Origin: Nitrospirota bacterium
GTDB taxonomy: Bacteria > Nitrospirota > UBA9217
DNA: 64,000 nt
Direction of reading: 5' to 3'
Assembly (NCBI GenBank): GCA_963737155.1
Contig: CAVTRN010000002.1
Coordinates: 1,120,001-1,184,000 of the forward strand
Part shown: positions 63,981 to 64,000 of the stretch, piece by piece
Layout: the number at the start of each line of letters is the position of its first letter
Numbering within the stretch: position 1 is the stretch's first letter
Program-made: the position numbers and the translations under genes
Notes under the pieces: generated by a model
Database searches by the model: none
The model's input: only the letters and a program-made list of their open reading frames with translations
Told to the model about the DNA's origin: nothing

Positions 63981-64000
63981 GCCGTCACGCAGTTTTCCAG

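Overview
A 64 kb chromosomal window from a bacterium of moderate GC content. Gene content suggests an anaerobic Nitrospirota- or Desulfobacterota-like organism (inference). Housekeeping genes include nfeD-slipin, rsmD-coaD, the iscR-iscS-iscU-tusA-like operon with an IscR type-1 box, a yhaM-like HD nuclease, ftsY-zapA-6S RNA-rarA-rny-ymdB-xseA, xseB-ispA-dxs-tlyA and dnaJ-hspR-clpB. About 23 kb of accessory genes separate xseA from xseB: HEAT + HD-GYP, hrpB, a radical SAM enzyme, plant-type thrC-metB, pntAB and lhr. The 44-53 kb region is a mobile-element hotspot. It holds a complete DDE IS with a 6-bp TSD nested in a probable MITE, a tnpA-less IS607-type tnpB element, and a two-ORF IS (DUF6788-like + DDE transposase, 9-bp TSD) whose catalytic Glu codon is a stop. 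An SOS-like cassette follows (small ORF-dinB, lexA) with GAAC-N4-GTTC-like boxes. The clearest signal no ORF explains is an identical 144-bp non-coding IS200/IS605-type mini-element in two copies. Both insert 3' of TTTAT without a TSD and follow the HUH guide/cleavage pairing rules. One copy interrupts lhr at codon 9 yet supplies a new in-frame ATG. No tRNA, rRNA or CRISPR array was seen. All family calls come from motif recognition, not database searches.
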